Positions 47,975-57,855 of a DNA stretch of 64,000 nt are shown piece by piece. The position numbers and the translations under genes were made by a program. Within the stretch, counting starts at the first letter, position 1, and the number at the start of each line of letters is the position of its first letter. The DNA is from a virus. Where the stretch lies: IMG/VR virus record IMGVR_UViG_3300021962_000026; one strand, given 5' to 3'. Below the pieces are notes generated by a model that saw only the letters and a list, made by a program, of their open reading frames with translations, did not search any database and was not told where the DNA came from.

Positions 47975-48575
47975 AGCACCATCCGTTAGTATAATCTTTG
48001 TATTGTAATTGTAAAATTTTATAATATTGGCTGTCTGTTATTTTAGGTTTAGGATCTGTTGCTCTGTGGTTAACTACGGTCTGTGCACCTAAAAGACTAG
48101 CAATTACTGCATTATCTTTATAATTAAAAACATCTGTGTAAAAACCAGGATTGGGACCTAGCCTTGCAGTGTTAGTATTACAATGTTCTCTAACACCTAA
48201 ACTATTTTCATAATAATAATCAAAATTATGTAAAAATTCATCTAGTGTAGGTGGCCCTATCCACAGCGCATCTTGAGCTCCGGTAGGAGAAAACATTGTG
48301 TGATAAAATCCACTAACAAATTTATCAACTGGATCTCGCCAAACTGCAATACGTGTATCACATTCTGCAAGTTGATTTTTATATTCCTCAAAATTTAAGG
48401 ACTTAAAATATACACCAGGAGCATGTTTACTAAATGTATTGTATGCTTGAATTTCTGATGGATCTGCACCCCATAATACCTGTGCAATGTAACTCAATAT
48501 ACTTGTACTTGCACACTTTTGGTTGCGTACTATACCCCATGTATGATTTTTATAGGAAAATTTTAACAGGCTCAT
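47973..48575 (-). CDS. sulfotransferase family protein (Sulfotransfer_2-like)
   Basis: 5'-PSB-like RNQKCASTSI and 3'-PB-like RDPVDKFVSGF; C-terminal YKD. Confidence 0.7.
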   Translation of the reverse strand: MSLLKFSYKNHTWGIVRNQKCASTSILSYIAQVLWGADPSEIQAYNTFSKHAPGVYFKSLNFEEYKNQLAECDTRIAVWRDPVDKFVSGFYHTMFSPTGAQDALWIGPPTLDEFLHNFDYYYENSLGVREHCNTNTARLGPNPGFYTDVFNYKDNAVIASLLGAQTVVNHRATDPKPKITDSQYYKILQLQYKDYTNGWC

Positions 48576-48577
48576 TC

Positions 48578-48667
48578 TATAAATACTTATGCTTATAAAT
48601 TAGGCTTATGCGGCCCCACCGCGTACCAAGTAGAACTTGGATTGGACTTCTTGAAAGGAGAAAACAA
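48578..48667 (+). promoter_or_regulatory. late promoter TATAAATA plus structured 5' leader
   Basis: TATAAATA 48578-85 followed by four consecutive hairpins, the last covering AGGAG. Confidence 0.6.
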
Positions 48668-49129
48668 ATGGGTAGACCTCTAAGAACAGCAAAAACAGTT
48701 GATGGTAATTTTCACGTAGGTGACATTGGCGCAGATTCCGGTACAGGCGAACAAATTCAAATGATCGCATATGTTACAGGTGGAAGTGCAAATAATACAT
48801 CAAGTATTACACAAAAAGGTACACATCGTTTTCGTGTAACAACAAGTGATGGCACTGAAACTTGTACACTTAAGGCAGTAGCAAGTGGTTCACTTGCCGA
48901 AGGTGAATGTCAGCTTACAGCCACAGACAGTGCGGCCGGTACATACTTTGTTAGTCGTGTTTCAAACAACTGGATTGAAATTGGTGCTTTAGGCACAGGT
49001 TCACAAGTTGCAGTAGGCGACCGTGTACAGTGGGTAAATGACCAAACTTCAGCAGTTGCTATCGATACCTCAACATATGCTATTGGTGATGTAAATCAAC
49101 CAGGCAGATTCCAAGTTGTAACAAACTAA
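48668..49129 (+). CDS. putative virion (head-associated) protein
   Basis: True start MGRPLRT at 48668 after AAAGGAG; late promoter; follows capsid gene. Confidence 0.6.
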   Translation: MGRPLRTAKTVDGNFHVGDIGADSGTGEQIQMIAYVTGGSANNTSSITQKGTHRFRVTTSDGTETCTLKAVASGSLAEGECQLTATDSAAGTYFVSRVSNNWIEIGALGTGSQVAVGDRVQWVNDQTSAVAIDTSTYAIGDVNQPGRFQVVTN

Positions 49130-49140
49130 TTTTTTTGGTA

Positions 49141-49187
49141 TTGACAAATATAGAGGGCTACAGTATACTTTACTGTAGCCTTTTATT
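49141..49187 (+). terminator. intrinsic terminator overlapping a sigma70 promoter
   Basis: TTGACA(49141-46)-N17-TATACT(49164-69); stem GGCTACAGTA/TACTGTAGCC (49156-65/49171-80) then TTTTATT. Confidence 0.75.
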
Positions 49188-49769
49188 ATGACTGAATTTG
49201 CTTTTATTCTAGGAAACGGAAAAACTCGCCTGGCATTTAATATTCCAGAATTGCGTAGCCGCGGCGTGGTTTATGCATGCAATGCTGTTTATAGAACAGA
49301 TGAAGTTGATGTGTTAATAAGCACAGATCCTAGTATTAGTAACGAGATAATTGAAAGTGGGTATCCAGATACTCATGTTCATTACACTAGAGAACGGAAT
49401 ATAAAACCAGGGGTAAAAAGTAAAGCACTGGATCCACGCTGGCAAGGATATAGCAGTGGCCCAAACGCATTAGCACAAGCATGTAAAGATGGTTATCCAT
49501 ATTGCTTTATGATTGGAATGGATTTAGTAAGTGACAATTCCTACATAAACAACTTGTATGCTGGCACTGACAATTACAAAAATACTGACAGTGAGCCAAC
49601 TTATCATGGAAACTGGGAAAACCAAATAACAGAGATAATCCAAGAGTTTAGTACGACTAGAATAGTTCATGTTAATCCCCTGTTAAAATATACGCCTGAA
49701 TCCTGGAAACTGTATGCCAATTTTGAAATACATACAGTGGACAAGTTCAAAGCTATGATAAATATTTAA
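49188..49769 (+). CDS. conserved phage protein, DUF115/Maf/sialyltransferase-like fold (tentative)
   Basis: ILGNGKTR, YACNA, LISTD, SSGPNA and MIGMD pattern. Confidence 0.45.
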   Translation: MTEFAFILGNGKTRLAFNIPELRSRGVVYACNAVYRTDEVDVLISTDPSISNEIIESGYPDTHVHYTRERNIKPGVKSKALDPRWQGYSSGPNALAQACKDGYPYCFMIGMDLVSDNSYINNLYAGTDNYKNTDSEPTYHGNWENQITEIIQEFSTTRIVHVNPLLKYTPESWKLYANFEIHTVDKFKAMINI

Positions 49770-49792
49770 AATTGTATGAACAGGTATGACAT

Positions 49793-50479
49793 ATGTCTAG
49801 AACTCAGCGTGTAACAGGTGATTTAACTTTTGATCCTACAGGCACTATAAACTTAAACAGTAATACTATCATTACTGGAGACCTAACAGTTTCTGGTACA
49901 ACTACAACAGTGTCAACTACTGATACTGTAATCAGTGACAGAGTAATTACTTTAAATGATGGTGAATCAGGTGCAGGTGTTACAGGAAGATATAGTGGTT
50001 TAGAAATAGATCGTGGATCACTTGCTAATGCTGAAATAGTTTTTGATGAAAATGATGATCTGTTTAAAATTACAACTAATGGCGGCAGCACATATACTCC
50101 AATTCTTACAGGTTCATCAGGTTCTGGTCTAACTGCTGTATTAGATGATACAAGTCCACAATTAGGTGGCAATTTAGATGTTAATTCCTATAACATTGTA
50201 ACAGCAGCAGCATCTAATGGTGATATTACACTAGCTCCAGATGGCACAGGCAGAGTAGTTGTTAGTAGTGCAGCGGCCACCGTAGAAGAAGAATTAAAGT
50301 TGGATCAATATCTTAGATTAGTTGACCAGGGGGGTGCTCCAACTCAGATAGCAAGTTCCACTTTATTATATGCTGCAACAGCAGGCGGTGGCGGAACTGG
50401 ACTCTTCTTTGTAGATAGTAGTACAAGTGACGAACTTGTAAGTAAAAGCAAAGCCATCGTTTATGGATTAATATTTTAA
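49793..50479 (+). CDS. virion structural protein
   Basis: GDLTVSGTTTTV, GLEIDRG, SPQLGGNLDVN modules; GATAAATA late motif at 49757-64. Confidence 0.65.
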   Translation: MSRTQRVTGDLTFDPTGTINLNSNTIITGDLTVSGTTTTVSTTDTVISDRVITLNDGESGAGVTGRYSGLEIDRGSLANAEIVFDENDDLFKITTNGGSTYTPILTGSSGSGLTAVLDDTSPQLGGNLDVNSYNIVTAAASNGDITLAPDGTGRVVVSSAAATVEEELKLDQYLRLVDQGGAPTQIASSTLLYAATAGGGGTGLFFVDSSTSDELVSKSKAIVYGLIF

Positions 50480-50491
50480 GGATTTAATATA

Positions 50492-50800
50492 ATGGCTATA
50501 GCGCAACAACTAGTTTCAAATTCAGCAACTACAATATATACATCAAGTGGCAATAGTGCTACTACTGTTATTTTCTTTATGAATGATGACGCTAGTGCAA
50601 GAACACTAGACGTTTATGTTGTGCCTAACGGCGGCAGTGCAGGCACATCAACACAGATTATTAAAAATTTAAGTATTGATGCTGCTGATACCTATATTTT
50701 AAACATTGAAAAAATTGTGTTATCAAATGGTGACACTATTCAAGCAACAGCTAGTGCTATTAACAGTATCTATGCTACAGTAAGTTATGTAGGTATCTAA
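50492..50800 (+). CDS. small virion structural protein
   Basis: 102-aa beta-rich ORF ending EKIVLSNGDTIQA; in late operon. Confidence 0.6.
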   Translation: MAIAQQLVSNSATTIYTSSGNSATTVIFFMNDDASARTLDVYVVPNGGSAGTSTQIIKNLSIDAADTYILNIEKIVLSNGDTIQATASAINSIYATVSYVGI

Positions 50801-50802
50801 TC

Positions 50803-51234
50803 ATGCCTAGATTTATTAAAGTAAAAGATCCAATTTTTAGTGTAAAGGCACTTGACGGCGGCGGGTTAAGTGTCCCAGCAGGAACAACAGCAGATAGAAG
50901 TAATGTTCCTATAGCTGGTGAACTACGTTTTAATTTAGATACAAGCAGTTTAGAAGTTTATAATGGAACGTCATTTGTCAGTGTAGCAAACACTGGGTTT
51001 GCAAGCATTACACAAGACAGTTTTACAGGCGATGGTTCAACTTTAGCCTACACAATGAGTACAAGTGTAACAAGCAACCAAACACAACGCATTGTTGTTG
51101 CAGTAGGCAACGTTTATCAGAATCCAGCTAGTGCTTATACACTTAGCGGAACAACTATTACCTTTACAAGTCCTCCAGGCGCAGCAGAAACTATTACTGT
51201 TATTCACGGATATGATTCTGTAACATCTGGATAA
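50803..51234 (+). CDS. virion structural protein
   Basis: PAGTTADR..GELRFN...LEVYNG and FTGDGST modules. Confidence 0.65.
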   Translation: MPRFIKVKDPIFSVKALDGGGLSVPAGTTADRSNVPIAGELRFNLDTSSLEVYNGTSFVSVANTGFASITQDSFTGDGSTLAYTMSTSVTSNQTQRIVVAVGNVYQNPASAYTLSGTTITFTSPPGAAETITVIHGYDSVTSG

Positions 51235-51318
51235 AGTCCAATATAACATAAATAAACTTAACAGCACCCTGTCACCTCGGATGTTAGCATGGTGAGCGCA
51301 AGATAGCGGAGAACAAGT

Positions 51319-54300
51319 ATGGCTATTAGTCGTATTGGAGGCAAAGCTCTAAGAGCTAATTTAGAAAGAGATTCCGATCTTGCGTTTAATACCGATACCC
51401 TAGTAGTTGATTATACAAATAGCCGCATTGGTATTGGTACAACTAGTCCTTCCCAATTATTTACAGTAGACGGGCAAGGTCAACTCACTAGTCTTAATGT
51501 TACAGATTTAACAAATACAAGAGTTATCTATGCAGGTGCAAGTGGTGAATTGCAAGATAGTGCGCTACTTACATTTGATGGCAGTGCTCTTACTGTTGAT
51601 GGTTTACAACTTACAGATAATAAAATTACTGCTACAAGAAGCAATGATGATATTGTTCTAGTTGCTAGTGGTACTGGTAATGTTAATGTTAATAGCAGCA
51701 AGGTTGTAAATGCTGCTGATCCAACTAGTGCACAAGACCTTGCAACGAAGGCATATGTAGATAGTCAAGTAAGTAGTGGTATTGTTGGTACTGGTATGGA
51801 GATTACGCTAGGAACTCCAACAGATAGCAGTTTAACAAGTCCAGCAGCATATACGGGTTGGACAAGCAGCGTAAAAGTAACAGATGCTATTGATGATCTC
51901 AACGAAATGGTTGAAAATGTTCGTAACAATACCTTTGTTAAGAGTGTAGATTTTACCGCAGATCAAACAACAGGCGGTGCAGGATTAGTAGTAACACTTA
52001 CTATTACTACTGTGGGCAATCCTAACAGATATGATATTACCTGGGGGGATGGAAGTGTTACCACAGGCACAACAGACAGCACGCCAACACATACATACAG
52101 TACAAATGTTGGCTCACCCTTTGATGTAACGGTTAGAGCATACAACAATGGCGGTAGCGGCACTGGTAGTGAAGCAAGTAAAACTAGATCAAGTTATATT
52201 ACCATTTACACTGCAAATCCTGTAGTGAGTTTTGCAGCATATGCAGCTAGCAGTGGCGGTTCTCCTATTACACAATGGGACGATGGCGATACTGTATACT
52301 TCCAAAACAATACAACAAACATTGGCGCAGCAACAATTCAGTTCACCTGGGACTGGGGTGATGGATCTAGCGACGATGTAATTACAAATGATAGTTCAGC
52401 AGGCGGTACAGCAGGCGCAAGACTTGCTCATACATTTACAGCAAGCACAGAACAAGAAGTAACAAGAACAGTTACACTAACCCTAGACAGTCACAGTACA
52501 GCAACACCTGGTGTAACACCAACAAGCGACACTAACAATTATAAGATTTATGATACTCACACCCCTACTGTAACACTTAGCAGTACAAGTGGTATTAATC
52601 AGGAAGGCACTAGCGGCCATCCTGTTACATTTACAAACACAACAGAATCAACTATTGGTAACTATGCAACATACGGCATACAATATCAATACCAGTTTGG
52701 TGATGGAACAAGTAATGTAACAGTAAATGCTGGTACTGGTGCAGCAGGTGACAGAGGTGTTGGGCTTACCCATACCTATGCACTTAGCAGTGCTAACCAA
52801 GCAAATGGTGTTGCAGTTGACTATACTGGTACTTTAAGAGTTATTAGTAATCATACAAGTTCACCGTTTATAAGCAGTACATTTACCGTGCACGTCGAGC
52901 CTGATGTGCGAGCAAATATTGCTGCTACAGCGGTAACAGTAAGTGATGGTAGCAGCGATAATCAGTATACAATTTATGACTTTACTGATTTACTTGGCAA
53001 CAACCGTGCTCTAGTTCGTGCTACAAACACTTCTCAAAATGCAGATGATTATGTATACAACTGGGCAGACGGCAGCACAAACGATACACCAAGTGAAGAT
53101 GGATCAAGTGCTGGTAGTATTGGCGCTACACTAGATCATGATTATGCAGGTCAAAGTGTAAGCACTTACAACCTATCCTTTACAGCAAATGGAACTCCAG
53201 ATATAACTGCACAAACAGATGTAGATACTAGCATTACATTTACTTTAAAAGCAACACCAAGTGCACCTGCAAACCTAAGCACAAAGAGTATAACACTTAG
53301 CGATGCTGCTCAAGGCACATTACCAGTATTGTGTGCAGGATTTACTGACAATACGGGCGCAGCAAGTACACTGGCAGCAGGCACTGCTCTTAACACATCA
53401 ACAGCCAGACGTTACACTAGCGGTACTATTGACACAAGTACAGTAAATGATGCATACAATGGTGCAAGTGGTACACTAGCAGCAGAAATTAATGCTGTAA
53501 ATGATGGCACAAAAACATTTACTACTACCACTGGGGAAACAGGAACATTTACAAGCCTTGTAGTTTCACAGCAAGTTGATTACAACAGCATCAATGGAAG
53601 TTACCCAAGTAATTTTTACCAGGTGTTTGATGCTAAGATTACAAAAGCATTATCAGGTTATAGTGTGGGTCTAAACGCTCAACGATTAACACATGACGCA
53701 ACAGGCAATACAAACTATGTACATGTTTTGCGTGATGATGTTACATTAGTCCCAAATATTGCTGAAACTGGCACACTTACAGAAAGTTCGGGTGGTAGCA
53801 AGCGTTATATTTCAGGTATTCCTTATTACAACACAGGTTCGCCTACACTACAACTTGCTGGTACAACAATAGATGATTTGACAGGTCAAGCATACACTAA
53901 CCAAACAAATATCGTTGAGATTGACAGTGGCACAAATGCCGAAGGCACAAGCAGCGCAGCAATTACTGGACAAGATTATACATATGCTAACATTGATGGT
54001 GCTAGTAGTATGCTTACAGGTGGTATTCCAAATGTAGACACTGGCGTGAGTTCAGCATATGCTATTGGTAACTTAAGTATTCCTGTAACAAGCTCTAGTG
54101 TAAGAACAGTTGAGCAATTACAAATTCGTGCAAGAAACGCTAACGGCATTGGTAGTTATGCTAATATTAATGAAAAAGTTCAAGTGCATACCGCAGCGCA
54201 GAGCGGTATTAGTGAAATTGCTATTGCAGTAAGCGATAGTTTAGGTGCTGGATTTGATGACGACGGTGTTCGCATATTTGACTTTAATGCAGCAACTACA

Positions 54301-54873
54301 GATACACCAACATTCAATGGTGCTACAAACTTCTACACAAACAGTCCTTATACTGAAAGTGCAGATCCAGGTGTTGAAGGAACCAAAGAAGCAACTATTA
54401 GATTGGGTGTTCTCAAATATGATGTAACAGATTATAGCACAGGCTTCCTGCCAGTAGGTCCAGATCGCAGTGCTGATACAGGAACACAATACTTTACATT
54501 TGCATTCCGTAGAACTACAATGGCTAACTTTGATATTAACATTACAAGCAGTGGCATTGCAGGACTTTGGATTGCAGCGCCTGGCACTGCTATTGACAGT
54601 GCAAGTGGTCTTAATGGTTGGTTAGATGCTAGTACAACTTACGGTGGTAGTGGTGTACCAGGAAGTAATACAGGCAGTGGCGGTAACGGAAGTAACGGCT
54701 GTGCGTTTACTTCAGGTGATAGAATAGCAACAAGCACTTCACTCAGTGGAGGTTACACAATGACATTAGGTAGTGAAAACGCCACCAATGCAACAGGCAA
54801 TGTTGTGCTGGTGCGTATTGCACTAACAAGTGGGCAAAGTGTAACAGCACTTAGCGTAGGAGTTGCAAGTTAA
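51319..54873 (+). CDS. large virion protein with PKD (Ig-like) domains
   Basis: Four W/F-G-D-G PKD-type motifs (ITWGDGS, WDWGDGS, YQFGDGT, YNWADGS) after a fibre-like N-terminus. Confidence 0.7.
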   Translation: MAISRIGGKALRANLERDSDLAFNTDTLVVDYTNSRIGIGTTSPSQLFTVDGQGQLTSLNVTDLTNTRVIYAGASGELQDSALLTFDGSALTVDGLQLTDNKITATRSNDDIVLVASGTGNVNVNSSKVVNAADPTSAQDLATKAYVDSQVSSGIVGTGMEITLGTPTDSSLTSPAAYTGWTSSVKVTDAIDDLNEMVENVRNNTFVKSVDFTADQTTGGAGLVVTLTITTVGNPNRYDITWGDGSVTTGTTDSTPTHTYSTNVGSPFDVTVRAYNNGGSGTGSEASKTRSSYITIYTANPVVSFAAYAASSGGSPITQWDDGDTVYFQNNTTNIGAATIQFTWDWGDGSSDDVITNDSSAGGTAGARLAHTFTASTEQEVTRTVTLTLDSHSTATPGVTPTSDTNNYKIYDTHTPTVTLSSTSGINQEGTSGHPVTFTNTTESTIGNYATYGIQYQYQFGDGTSNVTVNAGTGAAGDRGVGLTHTYALSSANQANGVAVDYTGTLRVISNHTSSPFISSTFTVHVEPDVRANIAATAVTVSDGSSDNQYTIYDFTDLLGNNRALVRATNTSQNADDYVYNWADGSTNDTPSEDGSSAGSIGATLDHDYAGQSVSTYNLSFTANGTPDITAQTDVDTSITFTLKATPSAPANLSTKSITLSDAAQGTLPVLCAGFTDNTGAASTLAAGTALNTSTARRYTSGTIDTSTVNDAYNGASGTLAAEINAVNDGTKTFTTTTGETGTFTSLVVSQQVDYNSINGSYPSNFYQVFDAKITKALSGYSVGLNAQRLTHDATGNTNYVHVLRDDVTLVPNIAETGTLTESSGGSKRYISGIPYYNTGSPTLQLAGTTIDDLTGQAYTNQTNIVEIDSGTNAEGTSSAAITGQDYTYANIDGASSMLTGGIPNVDTGVSSAYAIGNLSIPVTSSSVRTVEQLQIRARNANGIGSYANINEKVQVHTAAQSGISEIAIAVSDSLGAGFDDDGVRIFDFNAATTDTPTFNGATNFYTNSPYTESADPGVEGTKEATIRLGVLKYDVTDYSTGFLPVGPDRSADTGTQYFTFAFRRTTMANFDINITSSGIAGLWIAAPGTAIDSASGLNGWLDASTTYGGSGVPGSNTGSGGNGSNGCAFTSGDRIATSTSLSGGYTMTLGSENATNATGNVVLVRIALTSGQSVTALSVGVAS

Positions 54874-56474
54874 TGGCTATTACAGACACCCAAAAAGTTG
54901 ACTTCTTATGGAAAAAACTAGGCTTTGGTGCAACTAAAACAGATACTAATGCTGCTAAAAAAGCTCCTAACGAAGCTATTGCAAGTCCACTGTTACTACG
55001 TGGCGATAAAGTTTGGAAACAGGCAAGCAGTATTCCTGCTATTCAACCGGGATCAAGTACTGGTGTTGTAACAGTTTACCCTACAAGTAGTCCTATTGAG
55101 TGTACTCTTGACGGTACGGCAACAGCAAATAGAACTTGGAAAACAGGACAAACAGACTGGATTCCACCAGAAATTGCTTCAACATATCAGGCTAAAGTTT
55201 ATATTCATACCAGCGGATCCGCTGGTACCGCAGCAAGCGGTGGTACCCAAGTATTTGCAACTGGTAGTGGCAATGACGACGAATGGTATTTTGATTATCA
55301 GTCAGGTGTACTACACTTTATTGGAACAAATCTACCAAATGGTGTAAGTTTTACAGGCAAGAGTGTCTATATTGCGGCTGCAAGATACACCGGCACGTTT
55401 GGTGTTGGTGCTGACGCTAGTGAACTTGGTGCCTTCACATTTACAGACAACAGAATAAAAACTACTGTTACTAACGAAGAAATAATTCTTGAACCTGCTG
55501 GTACCGGCTATGTTGCTATTGATAGTACCACTGGACTTATTATTCCAGTAGGAACAACAGGTGAACGTCCAACAGCACAGACTGGTATGATACGCTTTAA
55601 CAGCACTGATAGCCAAGTTGAAGTTTATAATGGAACTAGTTGGGTAGGTGTAGGCGCAGTAAACACAGTTACTTTTGATGAATTTGATGGCGACAACAGT
55701 ACTACGGCATTTACCTTAAGTCAAACAGCCACAGCCGGTTCTGCCCTTGTAAGCATAAATGGTACCGTTCAAGAAGTAACAAATACCTATTCTATTAGTG
55801 GAACTACATTAACATTTAATGAAGCACCTGCAAGTGGCGATAAGATACAAGTGCGTAACTTTTTTAGTGGCCAATCTGTAAATTTAAGTTCTGCTTCTAT
55901 TGCTGACGCAGATAACGATACCAAAATACAAGTTGAAGAAAGTGCAGACGAAGATACTATACGCTTTGACATAGCTGGTACAGAGAAAGCAAGTATAGCT
56001 GCAAGCACTACTACAGTAAAAAATGATCTTGTTGTAGAAGGTGCAATTAAAAGTGATACATTTTACTTTGTAAGACGCACTACTAATACAAATATCGTGT
56101 ATCCAGGTAGTTATGGTAATGTTACTATTGATTATGAAGATGCGGCAGTAGATTACGGAAGCACAGATGCAATGTGGAGCAGTACAACAGATAGATTTAC
56201 TCCTACTATAGCAGGCTTGTGGTACTTCCGTGCCAGTGTTGATGCATACAGCGGCGCAACACAAGAAGGTGGTATTTCTATTAATCTCAACGGTTCTGCA
56301 CATAGTAGCACAGGTAGTATTGGTGCTATTAGACCTCAAATTACAGCACACATTTATATGAATGGTTCTACAGACTATGTAACATTTTCAGCTTATACAC
56401 AGAGTTCAACCACTCGAGGACAAAGTGCTACTGTTAGTTTCTTTGAAGCATTGCTAGTAAAACAAGCAGAATAG
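54873..56474 (+). CDS. virion structural/fibre protein with C-terminal C1q/TNF-like domain
   Basis: PVGTTGERP..GMIRFN, DADNDTKIQVEES; C-terminal FTPTIAGLWYF. Confidence 0.6.
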   Translation: MAITDTQKVDFLWKKLGFGATKTDTNAAKKAPNEAIASPLLLRGDKVWKQASSIPAIQPGSSTGVVTVYPTSSPIECTLDGTATANRTWKTGQTDWIPPEIASTYQAKVYIHTSGSAGTAASGGTQVFATGSGNDDEWYFDYQSGVLHFIGTNLPNGVSFTGKSVYIAAARYTGTFGVGADASELGAFTFTDNRIKTTVTNEEIILEPAGTGYVAIDSTTGLIIPVGTTGERPTAQTGMIRFNSTDSQVEVYNGTSWVGVGAVNTVTFDEFDGDNSTTAFTLSQTATAGSALVSINGTVQEVTNTYSISGTTLTFNEAPASGDKIQVRNFFSGQSVNLSSASIADADNDTKIQVEESADEDTIRFDIAGTEKASIAASTTTVKNDLVVEGAIKSDTFYFVRRTTNTNIVYPGSYGNVTIDYEDAAVDYGSTDAMWSSTTDRFTPTIAGLWYFRASVDAYSGATQEGGISINLNGSAHSSTGSIGAIRPQITAHIYMNGSTDYVTFSAYTQSSTTRGQSATVSFFEALLVKQAE

Positions 56475-56484
56475 CATAACTAAC

Positions 56485-57549
56485 TTAGTCAAACACAAAT
56501 AAACCAGTTTTTACAACTAATTTTATAGTTTTCTTACCACGCAAAACTTCAAGTTCCACCTTTTGATTGGGTTTAACAGTATCCATTGCAAGCCCAATAT
56601 CTGCAGGGAAATTTATATCACGACCATTTATTTTTAATAGTATGTCATTCTTTTTGAGTTTGCCTGTTTTGTCTACTGGTCCGTCTTTTAGTATTTCCTC
56701 GATAATTATTTTGCCTAAATCATTATCTACAACAAATGCAATACCCAGTCTTCCTCGCTCAACTTTGCCATCCGTGATTAAAGTATTAATTATATAATTA
56801 ACATTGTTGCTGGTAACACTAAAATTTATACCAATGTTTCCGCCCTGTGGACTTATAATAAAACTGTTTACGCCTACTACTTCGCCATTTTCATTAAAAA
56901 GCGGTCCGCCACTGTTGCCCTGATTGATACTAACATCTGACTGAATAACTTCTTGCCAGGTATTGGTGGATCTCTTTTTTGTTGCACTTACAATGCCCTG
57001 TGTTACTGTCCATTTTTGTCCAACAGGATGACCTATAGCAAATACTTGGTCGCCTTTTCTTACCTTGTCGCTATTACCTAAAGTTAGTGGATCAATTTTA
57101 TTTAATTTTTCTTTGCCGTCGGAGTTAGACATCTCCAACACTGCTAAATCACTTACTTCGTCAGCACCTAAAACTTTTGCAGGGTATTTTTTTAAATCGT
57201 TATGGAAAAATATATATGGTCGGCTGTTTTTTTCTTTACTGTCTACTACATGTTCATTAGTAACGATGTATTTTTTATTGTTTACTGAAACAACAAAACA
57301 GCTACCTAGGCTATTTGAACTATCCTGATTTTTATTAAAAAAATCTTTAAAAGGATCTTCTTGATTTTCAGGCTGCTTGTATTCTTTAGGACCCTCGATT
57401 TCTTTTGATGGGCCTTTAGATTGGAATTCTACAAGACAAACACTTTTTTCTGCTTGTTCTATAGCATCTGCAAAACTATGTGCATAGACATTACCTGATG
57501 GTAAAAGTACCGAGAGGCTTACCGCTGCTGGCATCAATTTTTTCAACAT
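56485..57549 (-). CDS. HtrA/DegP-like trypsin serine protease with PDZ domain
   Basis: Signal-peptide-like N-terminus; triad motifs TNEHVV, SDLAVL, NQGNSGGPL; C-terminal PDZ (GRLGI...DILLKING). Confidence 0.92.
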   Translation of the reverse strand: MLKKLMPAAVSLSVLLPSGNVYAHSFADAIEQAEKSVCLVEFQSKGPSKEIEGPKEYKQPENQEDPFKDFFNKNQDSSNSLGSCFVVSVNNKKYIVTNEHVVDSKEKNSRPYIFFHNDLKKYPAKVLGADEVSDLAVLEMSNSDGKEKLNKIDPLTLGNSDKVRKGDQVFAIGHPVGQKWTVTQGIVSATKKRSTNTWQEVIQSDVSINQGNSGGPLFNENGEVVGVNSFIISPQGGNIGINFSVTSNNVNYIINTLITDGKVERGRLGIAFVVDNDLGKIIIEEILKDGPVDKTGKLKKNDILLKINGRDINFPADIGLAMDTVKPNQKVELEVLRGKKTIKLVVKTGLFVFD

Positions 57550-57784
57550 AATTGTTTACTTTCCTTGCAAGAGAGCTTCTTGATTGTGCCACTTTCTTAG
57601 TATAACACTTTTTGCAGAAATGTAAATCAGAACCGGATTTAAATTCTTTACTGGTTCTGTAGAAAATATCGTTGCAACAGTTACATTGTAAAATATAATT
57701 TGTTATAGTGCTCTTAACTTTTTCTTTTTTGCCGTTTCTGGTCCTAGTATAATGTCTTGACTGTTTTTCCGCTCCAATTAACAT
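57491..57784 (-). CDS. small basic zinc-ribbon protein
   Basis: CNCC...HFCKKC; likely start MLIGAEK at 57784. Confidence 0.55.
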   Translation of the reverse strand: MLIGAEKQSRHYTRTRNGKKEKVKSTITNYILQCNCCNDIFYRTSKEFKSGSDLHFCKKCYTKKVAQSRSSLARKVNNYVEKIDASSGKPLGTFTIR

Positions 57785-57855
57785 AATAATATTTAGCACA
57801 CTGCTAGCTTGAAATGTAAATAAATATAATAAATGTTCCAAGGAGATCTATAATT

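Noticed and set aside
48608-48667. N-terminal extension MRPHRVPSRTW... of the 48608 ORF
   Set aside because: A strong SD precedes ATG 48668; the upstream segment is better explained as a structured leader
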